A DNA stretch of 64,000 nt from an uncultured delta proteobacterium (GCA_963816395.1 CAWFKQ010000005.1:160001-224000); one strand, 5' to 3'. Numbered from the stretch's first letter, positions 1 through 10,726 are shown. Numbers and translations: made by a program. The notes: generated from the sequence alone by a model not told the origin.

Positions 1-179
1 CTTCCCTGCCCGTAACGGCCGTTGGAGTTGAAGCCGTAACCCACCACCGGTTTGCCGTCACGGATCACATCGGTGATGACCGCGACCAGGCTCAAGGTCA
101 TCTTGCTGAAATCGATGTAGGCGTTGCGGATGGGGGATTTGATGGGCTTAGTCTCTTCGCGGATGTCGACGATCTTCAT
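1..179 (-). CDS. tarD: Mandelate racemase/enolase-superfamily dehydratase, D-tartrate dehydratase-like (5' part, runs off the window)
   Basis: Hand translation from ATG at 179: MKIVDIREETKPIKSPIRNAYIDFSKMTLSLVAVITDVIRDGKPVVGYGFNSNGRYGQG, which I recognise as closely resembling the N-terminus of D-tartrate dehydratase. GGAGAG RBS upstream. Not in the ORF track. Confidence 0.75.
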   Translation of the reverse strand, partial: MKIVDIREETKPIKSPIRNAYIDFSKMTLSLVAVITDVIRDGKPVVGYGFNSNGRYGQG

Positions 180-239
180 GCGGCGTCCTCTCTCCGGATA
201 ATGTGAAAACATGAGCGGCGATTTTCGCTCGCCATGCCT

Positions 240-268
240 TTTATATAAAATACACCATGTATTTTCAA
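240..268 (-). promoter_or_regulatory. sigma70-type promoter with an overlapping palindromic operator, upstream of the tarD-like gene
   Basis: Minus strand reads TTGAAA-N17-TATAAA. A perfect inverted repeat AAAATACA-cca-TGTATTTT lies at 247-265, overlapping the -35 and the spacer. Confidence 0.6.
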
Positions 269-1186
269 TAATTTTGATTCGCCCGCTTTGCCGGCCACCA
301 GCTGTTGCGGCGTTTGACCCGGATGGCCCGGCGTATCTCGTCGATGCGCTCGGCAACTGCCTTCCGACCTGACTCGATCTGTTCGTCGATCCGGGAAAAA
401 TCGGCCCAGTGACTGTTCCCGATATTCGGCCGCAGGATGATGTTGGCCTTCCTCAATCTCTCCTGGGCCAGGGCATTGCGCGTCACCATATCAGCCCGGA
501 AGACGATATCCAGCCCGCGCGCCGCCGCATCGAAATGCTCGAACTCATGATCGATATCCACCCCGATCACAAAATCGGCGCCCAGGCCGAAAGCCGGCAG
601 AACGGGGACGGCATCGATCCAGCCACCGTCCACCAGCAAGCGACCGTCCAGTTCGACCGGCGGCAGAATCCCCGGCAGGGCGCAACTGGCGGCAATGGCC
701 TGCCGCAAATTCCCCGCGGTGAAGAGAAATTCCCTGCCCGTCCGCAGGTCGGTAGCGGTGGCGCTGAAGGGGATCCTCATCTCCTCGATGGCGATGTCGG
801 GAATCAGGAAGGCAAAGTTCCTTTTGGCAGTTTCTTCGAGAACAAAGGAATGCCGGGTCATGGAAAGGGAGTAGAAGATCCCTTTGCGGGCGATCTGGGA
901 AAAGCGGTAGAAGATGCCCCCTCCTTCCATTTCGGCCCGGCCCTTCATAAAATCGAACCGGGATTCCCTGAATTCATCGCTCCTCGGTGTAAAGGAGTAT
1001 CCTTTCCCGCATGGCCCGGGTATCGGGTGCGATGGCATACAGGGCGCCGATAATCGCTCCCATGCTGGTGCCGGCGATGACATCGATCGGAATGCCATGC
1101 TCTGCAAGTGCTTCCAGCACCCCGATGTGAGTGACGGCCCGGGCGGCGCCGCCGCCGAGGGCCAGGCCGATCCTGAATTTTTTCAC
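265..1186 (-). CDS. Patatin-like phospholipase (RssA/NTE family), frameshifted near 970
   Basis: [10 protein letters not shown] and GTSMG in ORF 974-1216; SCALPG and DGG in ORF 265-1107. Likely GTG start at 1186 with a GGAGG RBS. Confidence 0.85.
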
Positions 1187-1333
1187 CGACCGCGCTCCCT
1201 CCTGCGGCAGAACCATGCCTTCGACGAACTGATTTTCAACTAAATCCGCCTACTTCCGGCGCCGGTTGTGGTTTTCCGGAACCGGCATATAGTAGGAAAT
1301 GCAGGTCAGAAGAATCCGAACCGGGAGGCAACC

Positions 1334-1492
1334 ATGGATGTTCTGCGCATCATCGTCGCCATCATTCTCCCGCCATTGGGGGTCTTCCTGCAGGTGGGGA
1401 TCGGCATGCACTTCTGGATCAACATCCTGCTGACCCTTCTGGGGTATGTTCCAGGAATCATCCACGCGATCTGGGTAATCGTCAAGAAGTAA
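1334..1492 (+). CDS. YqaE/Pmp3 family small membrane protein
   Basis: MDVLRIIVAIILPPLGVFL...WINILLTLLGYVPGIIHAIW is the family signature. GGAGG RBS. Confidence 0.92.
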   Translation: MDVLRIIVAIILPPLGVFLQVGIGMHFWINILLTLLGYVPGIIHAIWVIVKK

Positions 1493-1551
1493 GATGGAGA
1501 AAGAAGACCGGCCGGTAATTTCGTCAACCGATACCAAGCCCAGACCATGAG

Positions 1552-1576
1552 AAAGGCCGGTTCGCCCGGCCCTTTT
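1552..1576 (+). terminator. Probable intrinsic terminator between convergent genes
   Basis: aaaggccgg-ttcgc-ccggcc hairpin followed by ctttt. Confidence 0.5.
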
Positions 1577-1607
1577 CACGCTTGGCAGATTGTGCAGACC
1601 TGCATCC

Positions 1608-3989
1608 TCAGCCGCGGAACGCACCGGGCCGAATCGGTACGGCAACGGCTTCCCCGCGCCGCAGGGCGATCTCCCGACCCTGGTGGGTGATGACCAGTTC
1701 CGTTCCGGATTTCAGCAGATAGGTGGCGCTTTCCGCCTCCACCAGCACCTCCAGGCTCTGGCCCCGGATCTCCAAAGGGAAACGCAGGCGAGTAATCGGC
1801 GGCGGCAGGCGCGGATCGAAGGTGATTCGGCCGTTGTAATCACGCATCCCGGCCAATCCGTAAACCATCATCATCCAGGTCCCGCCCATTGAAGCGATAT
1901 GGACCCCGTCGCGGACGTTGCCGCCGTTGTCCGCCAGGTCCATGAGCATGGCGTACCGGGCATACTTCATGGCCTTGGCCGTGTCCCCCACCTCCGCGGC
2001 AACGATGGCCTGGATGCAGGCCGAAAGAGACGAATCGCCGGTGGTCAGGGGATCGTAATAATCAAAATTGCGTTTCTTTCGCTCAGCGGAGAATTCGTGT
2101 CCGAGAAGAAAAAGGGCCAGCACCACGTCGGCCTGCTTGATCACCTGGTGCCGGTAGATGACCAGGGGGTGGAAATGGAGAAGAAGGGGGAACTTGTCTC
2201 TGGGGGTATTCTCCAGATCCCAGATTTTGCCATCGAGAAAAGTATCGTCCTGGGGGTGGATGCCGAGTTCTTCATCGAAGGGGATGTACATGCGGTCGGC
2301 GGCTTTCTGCCATTCTTCCACTTCCGCCGGATCAAGCCCCGTCCTGTGCACCAGGGTGGCGTAGTGGTCCGGGTTTTCCTCCTGCATCCGCCGGACCGTC
2401 CCGGCGGCGAACCAGAGGTTTTCCCGCGCCAGCAGGTTGGTGTAAGTGTTGTTGTCGACCACGGTGTTGTATTCATCGGGCCCGGTGACGCCGTGGATGC
2501 AGAATTTGCCGTTCCGGCGTTCGGAATAGAAGCCGAGGTCGGCCCACAGCCGGGCGGTTTCCACCAGCATTTCGGCCCCCTCGCGGAACAGGAGCGATTT
2601 TTCGCCGGTGACATCCACGTACTTTTTCAGGGCGTAGATGATATCGGCATTGATGTGATACTGAGCGGTGCCGGTGGCATAATAGGCGGAAGCTTCCTCG
2701 CCGCTGATGGTGCGCCAGGGAAACATCGCGCCCTTCTGGTTCAATTCCTGCGCCCGCTCGCGGGCCCGGTCGAGCATGCTGTGCCGGAACAGCAGGAGAT
2801 TGCGGGCCAGGTGGGGGGAAGTGTAGATCAGGAAGGGCAGCAGGTAGATTTCGGTGTCCCAGAAATAATGCCCCTCGTAAGTCTGGCCAGTCAGCCCCTT
2901 GGCCGGTACGCCGGCCGCCTGCGCCCGCCCTACCGCCTGCAGGATCTGGAATAGATTCCAGCGCAGGGCCTGCTGAAGTTCGCCCTTCGGCCGCCGGGTC
3001 GAAGACGGATTCTCCTCGATCTGAACGTCGCTGCGGCTCCAGAAGTCGTCCATATACCGTTGCTGACTGGTCACCAGTGCGTCGAAGCCATGCTTCAGAG
3101 CACGATTCAATGTCCACTCCGTCCGCTCACACAGTTCCGCCGCCGGCGCACTGCCGGAGGTGTGATAGGCGATGAACTTTACCAGATGGATCGGCTTTCC
3201 AGGCTGGGCATCGACGCTTAGCACCATTTTCCCGAGGTTTTCCCCGCACTCGATTTCGAGGGAGTACGGGCACTCGGTTTCGATCACGTGATCGACGCCG
3301 CAGGCCAGGGTCATGGCGCTGTTTTTGGCCTGATGACCCAATACCATCCGACACTCGGAACCGTAGTGCAGCCGCGGCACCAGGGGCGAGCCGTTGAAGC
3401 CTCTGGCCTGGCGGGGGTCGTTCTGGCCGATCTGGTTCAGTTGGTTGCCCGCTAGCTCGGAGGAGATCACCACTGGCGCCTCGGCATTGAGCACGGTCAC
3501 CTGGTAGGAGATGGCCGCCAGGTGCCGGTGTTCAAAGGAAACCAGCCGCCGGGACTCGATGAAGACCTGCTTGCCGCTGGGCGTCTCCCAAAGCAGTTTG
3601 CGGTCGAGAGTCCCCGCCTGCATGTCGAGGGTTCGCTCGAAGAGCATCAGGCTGGCATCCGGCAGATGGAACGGCTCGTCATCGACGAATAGACGGATGG
3701 TTTTGGCGTCAGTCACGTTCAGCATGGTCTGGCCGGTCTTGGCGAACCCATAGGCATTTTCGCCGTAGATGATGGGCCAGGTCTCATGGAACCCGTTGAT
3801 GAAGGTGCCGTTCTGGAACGAGGGTCGCCCTTCTTCGAAATTGCCCCGCATCCCCAGATAGCCGTTACCGATGGAGAAGATGGTTTCGGTCTGGGCAAGA
3901 AAGCGGGGATAGAAGGACGTCTCGATGATTTTCCACTCGTTGACGGGGTAGATGTGCGGCGGCGGATTCAGGGTTTTATGGCGGATCAT
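1608..3989 (-). CDS. Glycoside hydrolase family 65 (trehalose/maltose/kojibiose phosphorylase-like)
   Basis: GNGYLGMRG, KGLTGQTYEGHYFWDTE, GPDEY, KQADVVL and SSLS motifs; about 790 aa from ATG 3989. Confidence 0.93.
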   Translation of the reverse strand: MIRHKTLNPPPHIYPVNEWKIIETSFYPRFLAQTETIFSIGNGYLGMRGNFEEGRPSFQNGTFINGFHETWPIIYGENAYGFAKTGQTMLNVTDAKTIRLFVDDEPFHLPDASLMLFERTLDMQAGTLDRKLLWETPSGKQVFIESRRLVSFEHRHLAAISYQVTVLNAEAPVVISSELAGNQLNQIGQNDPRQARGFNGSPLVPRLHYGSECRMVLGHQAKNSAMTLACGVDHVIETECPYSLEIECGENLGKMVLSVDAQPGKPIHLVKFIAYHTSGSAPAAELCERTEWTLNRALKHGFDALVTSQQRYMDDFWSRSDVQIEENPSSTRRPKGELQQALRWNLFQILQAVGRAQAAGVPAKGLTGQTYEGHYFWDTEIYLLPFLIYTSPHLARNLLLFRHSMLDRARERAQELNQKGAMFPWRTISGEEASAYYATGTAQYHINADIIYALKKYVDVTGEKSLLFREGAEMLVETARLWADLGFYSERRNGKFCIHGVTGPDEYNTVVDNNTYTNLLARENLWFAAGTVRRMQEENPDHYATLVHRTGLDPAEVEEWQKAADRMYIPFDEELGIHPQDDTFLDGKIWDLENTPRDKFPLLLHFHPLVIYRHQVIKQADVVLALFLLGHEFSAERKKRNFDYYDPLTTGDSSLSACIQAIVAAEVGDTAKAMKYARYAMLMDLADNGGNVRDGVHIASMGGTWMMMVYGLAGMRDYNGRITFDPRLPPPITRLRFPLEIRGQSLEVLVEAESATYLLKSGTELVITHQGREIALRRGEAVAVPIRPGAFRG

Positions 3990-3990
3990 T

Positions 3991-4749
3991 CTACGCCTCC
4001 AGCAGTTCGGCAAGGTCATTGACCACGATGTCGGCGCCGTTGTTCCGGAGTTCATCGGGATTCCCTTCCCTGTCCACCCCGATCACCAGGCCGAAGCGGC
4101 CGGCGCGGCCGGCGCGGACGCCGCTGATCGCGTCCTCGACAACGACGGCTCTGGCCGGTGCCACCTGCAGAAGCTCGGCGGCCTTCAGGAAGGTATCGGG
4201 GGCCGGCTTGCCAGCCAGTCCGAGTCTTTCCGCAACCAGCCCGTCAATGCGCAAGTCGAACAAATCGCCGATTCCGGCCGCCGCCAGAACTGCCTCGCAG
4301 TTCTTGCTGGCCGAGACCACGGCCGTCTTCAGCCCGGCCTGGCGCACCTGGCGAAGCAGCGCCAGCGATCCCTCGAACACCCCGATCCCCTGGGTTTCCA
4401 GGACATCCTTGACCATGGCGTCCTTGCGGTTGCCCAGGCCGCAGACGGTGTTCCTTTCCGGCGGATCGTCGGGGCTGCCCGGCGGCAGGTGGATGCCCCG
4501 CCCTTCGAGAAAACTCCTGACGCCATCGTAGCGGAGCTTGCCATCCACATAGCGTTTGTAGTCACTGTCGAGATCGAACGGCTGGTAGATTTCATTCTTC
4601 GCCAGGGATCGTTTCTGCAGGAATTCGTCAAACATCCGTTTCCAGCAGACGGCATGGATGCTCGCCGTCGCGGTAAGTACACCGTCAAGGTCAAAGAGCA
4701 CCGCATCGAAACGTTGGCACAGGGTTTCCCCACTCGATTTTTCTGTCAC
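3991..4749 (-). CDS. Beta-phosphoglucomutase family HAD hydrolase
   Basis: FDLDGV, SASKN, GKPAPD and EDA motifs; directly upstream of GH65. Confidence 0.9.
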   Translation of the reverse strand: MTEKSSGETLCQRFDAVLFDLDGVLTATASIHAVCWKRMFDEFLQKRSLAKNEIYQPFDLDSDYKRYVDGKLRYDGVRSFLEGRGIHLPPGSPDDPPERNTVCGLGNRKDAMVKDVLETQGIGVFEGSLALLRQVRQAGLKTAVVSASKNCEAVLAAAGIGDLFDLRIDGLVAERLGLAGKPAPDTFLKAAELLQVAPARAVVVEDAISGVRAGRAGRFGLVIGVDREGNPDELRNNGADIVVNDLAELLEA

Positions 4750-4999
4750 CTGATCTCCTTCTTTTTTTCTTGTACATCCGCAATTTCAATTACTTTACCC
4801 CAAACATATCCCGGATTAAGGATAAAGATCAACCCGTGGCGTGTCCGGGCGATGAGGGGATTGAGAGGCGCTGTTCGACTCGAGGCAATTTTGCCGATTG
4901 CCGACGACCGAAAGGCATTTTTCTGCACACTGCCTTGACTTTGCCGGATGACCTGATCAAATGATTTTATGTTAGCGATAACAAATTAAAGGTAGGGAT

Positions 5000-6298
5000 A
5001 TGGCCGAGGCACCCATCCAGGAATTGTCGACGCCCGTCAATGTGAGTGAAGGGATCGAGCCGATCCCTCCGGCAGCGCCGCGCACGGTAGAGGAAACGGG
5101 TCTGGAGCTCTCCTTCATCGCCGAACTCATCCTCAAACAGGTCCTTTTTACCGGCGAGTTCACCCTTGCCGACGTTTCGGCCAGCACCGCCCTGCCGGTG
5201 TCGGTGGTCGATGCGGCAGTCGAAGTGCTGCGGCGGGAGAAGCTGGTGGAGGTCAAGGGGACCGCCCGCTATCTGAAGACCACCTACCGGTTCGGGCTGG
5301 CCGAGCTCGGCCGGGCCCGGGGCAGCGAACTGATGGAGATCTGCCGCTATACCGGTCCGGCGCCGGTTACCCTGGCAAGTTACTGTCAGCAGGCTTCCCG
5401 CCAGAGAGTTCAGCACATCACCGTCACGCCGGAGGAAGTTCGCCGGGCATTTGCCGGGCTGGTTCTGGAGGACGGCTTGCCGGCTCGCCTGGGCCCGGCT
5501 ATCGGTGCCGGCAAGCCAATTTTCCTTTACGGTCCCTCTGGGAACGGCAAAACCACCGTAGCCGAGAAAATTGGCGAACTCCTGCCGGGTATCATCATTG
5601 TGCCGCATGCATTGCTGGTCGGCGGGCAGATCATCACCGTCTTCGATCCGGTCACCCACCGAAAGACCTCCGCCGCCGAACCGGGAGACCGGCGCTGGGT
5701 GCCGGTCCGGAGGCCGGTGCTCAAGGCCGGTGGCGAACTCACCCTGCGCCTGCTGGATCTCGAATTCAACGCCATCGCCAAATTCTATGAAGCGCCGTTG
5801 CAGGTCAAAGCCAACCACGGCCTGTTCATTATCGATGATTTCGGCCGTCAGCCCATCGACCCGCAAGAACTGCTGAACCGCTGGATCGTCTCGCTCGATC
5901 GCGGCATCGATTTCCTTTCCCTGCACACCGGGATGAAATTTGCCATCCCCTTCGACCAACTGGTGATATTCGCGACCAACCGCCATCCGCACACCATGAT
6001 CGATGATGCTTTTCTGCGGCGCATCCGCTATAAGATCCGCATCGACCGGCCGAGCGAGCAGGCTTTCGGACTTATCTTTCGCCAGGTCTGCGAGAAACGC
6101 GGCGTTCCCTTTGAATCGGCCGCGGTCGAATATCTTCTCGAGCACTATTTCCGTCCCCTGGAAGTTCCCCCCGACGCCTGCCATCCGCGCGACATCGTCG
6201 AGCAGGTCCTCGACCGCGCCGCCTTCCTGCGGCAACCGCCCCGACTGAACCGGGAGGCCCTCGATGCCGCCTGGGAGAGTTATTTCGTCGCGAAATGA
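5000..6298 (+). CDS. AAA+ family ATPase of unknown function
   Basis: Walker A GPSGNGKT, Walker B IIDDFG, sensor FATN and AFLRRI arginine finger. Confidence 0.85.
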   Translation: MAEAPIQELSTPVNVSEGIEPIPPAAPRTVEETGLELSFIAELILKQVLFTGEFTLADVSASTALPVSVVDAAVEVLRREKLVEVKGTARYLKTTYRFGLAELGRARGSELMEICRYTGPAPVTLASYCQQASRQRVQHITVTPEEVRRAFAGLVLEDGLPARLGPAIGAGKPIFLYGPSGNGKTTVAEKIGELLPGIIIVPHALLVGGQIITVFDPVTHRKTSAAEPGDRRWVPVRRPVLKAGGELTLRLLDLEFNAIAKFYEAPLQVKANHGLFIIDDFGRQPIDPQELLNRWIVSLDRGIDFLSLHTGMKFAIPFDQLVIFATNRHPHTMIDDAFLRRIRYKIRIDRPSEQAFGLIFRQVCEKRGVPFESAAVEYLLEHYFRPLEVPPDACHPRDIVEQVLDRAAFLRQPPRLNREALDAAWESYFVAK

Positions 6299-6600
6299 TC
6301 CTGAGCTGACGACATTTCTCGGAAAACCATTCTATTTCTTGGAAATCACTCTATCTAATATTTTCGCATTGGAAATCGTCTTTCGGCTTCTTCCCGGAGA
6401 ATCTGGATCGGATAGTCGTTCCCTCGCCTTCCATGGAGGAAAGGACGGGCTTCATGTAATTTTGTCTTGCAAATAGCTTGGAGTAGGTTATTAGGAAGGC
6501 ATAATATCCCTGCTGTCATTGGTTTTTCGGGAGGCGCCGAACGGGCAGAATACCGCTTCAGGAGGCATTGGGCAGGGACAAACGCAAAAGGAGGCAAGGA

Positions 6601-7343
6601 ATGAAGAAGTTGGCGATAACCTTGAGTTTACTGTCTCTGGTCTTTTTCCTGGGCGCTTGCCAGCAGAAGGAGGGGACCAAAGGCCCGGGAGCACAACCAG
6701 AGACGAAGAGTGGTTCAGCGCAGCAGCAGCCCGCCGGGGAACCCGCCACCCAGCAGCCAGCCGCCCAACCGGGGACGGCGGAGAAAGAATCGGCGCAGCC
6801 GCCTGCCGAGCAGAAGCAATCGGCCGCGGAGCCCTCGACAACGACGGGGCAGCAAACGGCACAGCAGCAGCCGTCCGGTGAAATGGGTGGGCAGCCGCTC
6901 AGCGCCGGGTCTACCGGGAAGCCCGCCGCCGGCCCCGGGACCCGAGGCGCAGCAACCCGCCGGGCAACAGGAGATGGGCGGGCAGCAACAAGGGCCGGTG
7001 AGCAACAGGCGGACGGAGCAGCAGCAGGCGGCCGGACAACAGCAGGGCGCGACGGAGCAGCAGCAAACGGCACAGGAAGGCCAGTCCGCAGAGCACATGG
7101 GACAGGCCCCCCCATTCGGCAATGCTCCGGAGACCATCACCTTACAGGCTAAAAACGGCAATGTGACCTTCCCTCACAAGATGCACGGCGAATATGATGG
7201 CCTGCTCGACCTGCCACGGTGAAAAAGGTCCCGGCAAGATCGAAGGGTTCGGCAAGGACAAGGCGCACGAGCTTTGCCGCGGCTGCCATCAGAAAAGAGG
7301 TGCAGGCCCGACCAAGTGCACGGATTGCCACAAGAAAACTTGA
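6601..7343 (+). CDS. Lipoprotein with a long Gln/Pro/Ala-rich linker and a C-terminal triheme cytochrome c7 (PpcA-family) domain, frameshifted
   Basis: Lipobox MKKLAITLSLLSLVFFLGAC. Reconstructed C-terminus ITLQAKNGNVTFPHKMH..CSTCHGEKGPGKIEGFGKDKAHELCRGCHQKRGAGPTKCTDCHKKT* has three CxxCH motifs and the PpcA-like GPGKIEGFGK. Needs at least two frame changes (about 6940 and 7192). Confidence 0.8.
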
Positions 7344-7347
7344 AATT

Positions 7348-8395
7348 TCAGGTCATGGAACCCTTCCCAAGCCCCGCCCAGGCGGGGCTTTTCTTTGCCC
7401 TCCCCTGCTGCTGCTTCGGGTGATCCATTCTCGCCAATAATTCTTCGATATCGCGGGCGTCCATCCTGTTGCTCACCCCGATCCGCGGCAGCATGCTTAT
7501 ATCGGATTGACGACAGATATGGCCTGGCTCTGCCAACAGAATCGTCTGAAAAGAATTGGCCTTGAGCATTTCGACATGGCTGTCGTTGAAATCGCGGCGG
7601 GTACCGTTCGGATAGGCCCAGAATGTTGTACGCCGGGAGAGATGCCTATCCAGCGCAGACCGGCAATCGACGATCTCCCGCAAGGCTTGCGTGGCGTCGA
7701 GACGGGAAAGGATCGAATGGTTGGCCGTGTGGCCGCCAAACGAGACCAACCCTTCCGCTTCCATATCCTTCACGTCCTGCCAGCGCAGGGGCAGCCACTC
7801 CTGGAAAAGCGGATCCGTCTCCCTGTAGCCAACCCCGAGCATTTCTTCCAGTTCGGCCACCTTTTCCGGAATCCTGTAAGGATGGATTTCTTTTACGGCA
7901 TTCTTGATGTCTGTCAAAAGCTGCCCTTCGCGCCTCCCGGGTCTCCAGGTCCAGATGGCCGAATGAGGCGGTTTCCAGGGACTGCCGTTCCGTCCGCATC
8001 ACCTGGTAGGCAATTTTTTCAGGCCAGAACAATTCGGAACGATCCATATAAGCAGTGCTGAGGAAAACAGTTGCCGGAATGCGATATCTTTGCAGAATCG
8101 GATAAGCCCTGGTGAAATTGTTCCGGAATCCATCATCGAAGGTCACGGCAACCGAGTATTTCGGCAGCCTGCCGTTCAGGATGCCCTGGGTCATTTCCTG
8201 AAGGGAAATGACATTGGCTTCTTTATGGAGGAGAGCCATATGTTCGGCAAATAGTTGCAGAGGGAGATGGGTCCACATGGCAAAAGGGAGCGGCACATCG
8301 ACAATGCTGTGATAAGTCAGAATGGTGCCGAAATTCCGATTCAGGAACCGATGTATTTCTGTTTTGAATTTCTTCTTCCAGTCCCGCAGATTCAT
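7348..8395 (-). CDS. Polysaccharide deacetylase (NodB/CE4 family), frameshifted
   Basis: ILTYH, VTFDDG and ATVFL in ORF 7646-8410; GGHTANH, WAYPNG and LPRI in ORF 7348-7917. Confidence 0.85.
7369..7396 (+). terminator. Intrinsic terminator after the cytochrome gene
   Basis: aagccccgcc-ca-ggcggggctt followed by ttcttt. Confidence 0.75.
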
Positions 8396-8477
8396 ATCGC
8401 CGCTCCTCAAAAGTAATTTGAGCTATAACTCTCAGATTCATAATATCGTTGGGCTCCCGCAATGATTGCGAAGTCAA

Positions 8478-9519
8478 TCAGTAACGATCGGTATCGCCGA
8501 GAGAAAAAGCCCAGGACTGAGCATTTCTGGTATCAAGCAGGTCATTACTGGCCTTGGAGGCCAGAACCATCAAGCCGAGCTTGCTGGGCTCTCTGCTGAA
8601 GCACATGGATGAAAAACATCGACTGGCCCAGGATTCAGACAGGTGCGAAGTACATGAACAACAACCGTGATTGGCAAAATATTCCAGGCAGGCATTGATA
8701 GCGCCGCGGGCGGCCAAGTGGTCTCCAGGTCGGGCGAGCAGTTCGAGAATGATGCCGTGGTTTGGCACCGTGCGAGTTCCTGTTCGGAAATAATTCCTGC
8801 CACCGCCAGGCTGCGCAATTTTGCCATCCCGGCTCAAGAGAATAAATCGGTAATCGATTGAGGGGTATTGTTCATAACGCCACTTCAAATATTTGACATC
8901 TTTTACGACGGAAACCTCCAGAGAGGGAGCGATATCATCCCACAGACTCTGATATGAATCAGGCAGCTTCGGAGTGATCTCTATCTGGTAAGGCAGCGGA
9001 CAGGCTATTTTTCTGATGGCCTTACGGGTTACGGCCTTCAGATGGGATGGAAGACCTCTTACGCCTGCTTATCCCCGAAGGGATAAAAGCGCTGACCTGG
9101 ACCAGGCTGGTACTCAGGTCCGCATAGCCCAGTTTGGCAAAAAGACGTTGTGCGGAAGGAGACAGGTTGGTCCCTATATTCAAGGGCGATTCGGCCAGCA
9201 TGGTCTTGAGCAGCCGGAGGGCGGGAAGCCCCAGATATTCCCGCTCGACGAAATAATCCGCGCCGAAAAAACCAACGCAACCGCCCTTCCCGACCTTGAT
9301 GCGGGTGGGCACGGCGGCAACACTGCCCACAATTCTCCCCTCGGACTTAAGCAACCATACCGGCAGGGAACCGCCCGTCTCCGGGTTGGCGAGGTAAAGC
9401 CAGCGCCAGCGCGCCTGGTCCATCTGCTTTCTGTTCTCAGGAAAGGTTTTCCTCCTGAATTCAAACAAGGCATCAATCTCAGACGCTTCCATGCGGGATA
9501 TGGAAAAATTCTTTGTCAT
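8478..9519 (-). CDS. GNAT-family N-acetyltransferase, frameshifted
   Basis: RWRWLYLANP...GADYFVEREYLG in the N-terminal ORF; WRYEQYP and a SLGDTD C-terminus in ORF 8478-8888. Typical of GNATs in EPS loci. Confidence 0.65.
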
Positions 9520-10726
9520 GGGTGGGCCGCTCGTTTAAAGGGTTTGCCTTTTCCTTGAAGAGGTGGAAAAGCTTGCCTGTTTCAGTCGATAAGTTGAAAA
9601 ATTCCTGCACCTTTTGCCGGTTTTTCAGACCTATTTGCTCTTTTTCGGTCTGAGAGAGCCCGGCAATTTTCTGTACGGCATCCGCCAGCGCGTTCGGTTG
9701 ACAAGCCTCGACCAGCAACCCGTTTTCGCCACTGGTAACCAGTTCGGGGATCCCGCCGACGTCAGTCGCCACGACAGGCAAGCCCACTGGCCATCGCCTC
9801 CATCAAGACTACCGCCAGCCCTTCCGAATGACTGGGCAGGACAAAAACCGAACTTTTCGCATAAATCTCCGGCGAGTTTCTCATTGGGGAGGGCGCCGGC
9901 AAAATGTACACAGGCATTGAGCCCAAGATTTTCAACCTGGCTTCTGGAGGGCCTGCCGCAGCTCTCCATCCCCGACGATCAGGCATTCAAATTTCACCTG
10001 CCGTTCCCGCAACAGAGAACAGGCCGCGATGAGATCGTTGATCCCCTTGACCGGGTGCAGGCGGGCAACGCAAAGAATTTTCAGAATGCCCGGCAATACG
10101 GGGGCAAGTTGATAATCGGCCAAAGGAATTCCGCACCGGATTACCGCCAGTTTTTGGGGATCGATATGGTAATTCTGCCGCACCACCGTCCGGATTTTTT
10201 CTGAAACGCAGATGACCAGGTCCGCATCAGCCAATACTGCACCGAGATTCTTATAGGGAGAAACGAGGATGTCACTGCCGTGCAGAGTGACCGAAAACGG
10301 CAGGCCAAGCAGGCGACTGGCGAGCCATCCGACCAGCATCCCCTGCCGGCCGAAATGGCAATGGATGCGCTGGGCGCCTGATTCCCGGATCAGCCGGCCA
10401 TAGAGTGGAAGCTGCCGGAAAATGTACCGCAACGGTGGCAGGCCAGCGGACCGGGCGCATGTATGGGTCGCCAGATAGGAGTTTGGTCTGGCAATAAACG
10501 TCGACAAATGTCCGACCGCCTTTCCGACTCTGGTTACCGCCAGATCGGGGCACCAATAGCAGCGGGTCCGGAGTTGTCTGTTAAGTGCATGATCAACGAC
10601 ATCTTGCGGTTTTTGCAGGGAGAGCATGGTGATATTTGCCCCGAGTTGCTCGAGGCCAGCCAACTCCCTGGATATGAAAATCTGAGAAACTGCCGGGAAA
10701 ATGTCGGTAATGTAAAAAAGATGCAT
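9479..10726 (-). CDS. Glycosyltransferase family 4 (WcaL-like), frameshifted
   Basis: FPAVSQIFI, HCHFG, TLHGSD, VARLHPVKG, EGLAVVLMEAMA and PVVATDVGGIPE, spread over three frames. Confidence 0.88.

Noticed and set aside
6455..6513. sigma54 promoter or c-di-GMP riboswitch upstream of the c7 gene
   Set aside because: GG-to-GC spacing is 12, and I could not match the GEMM consensus by eye.
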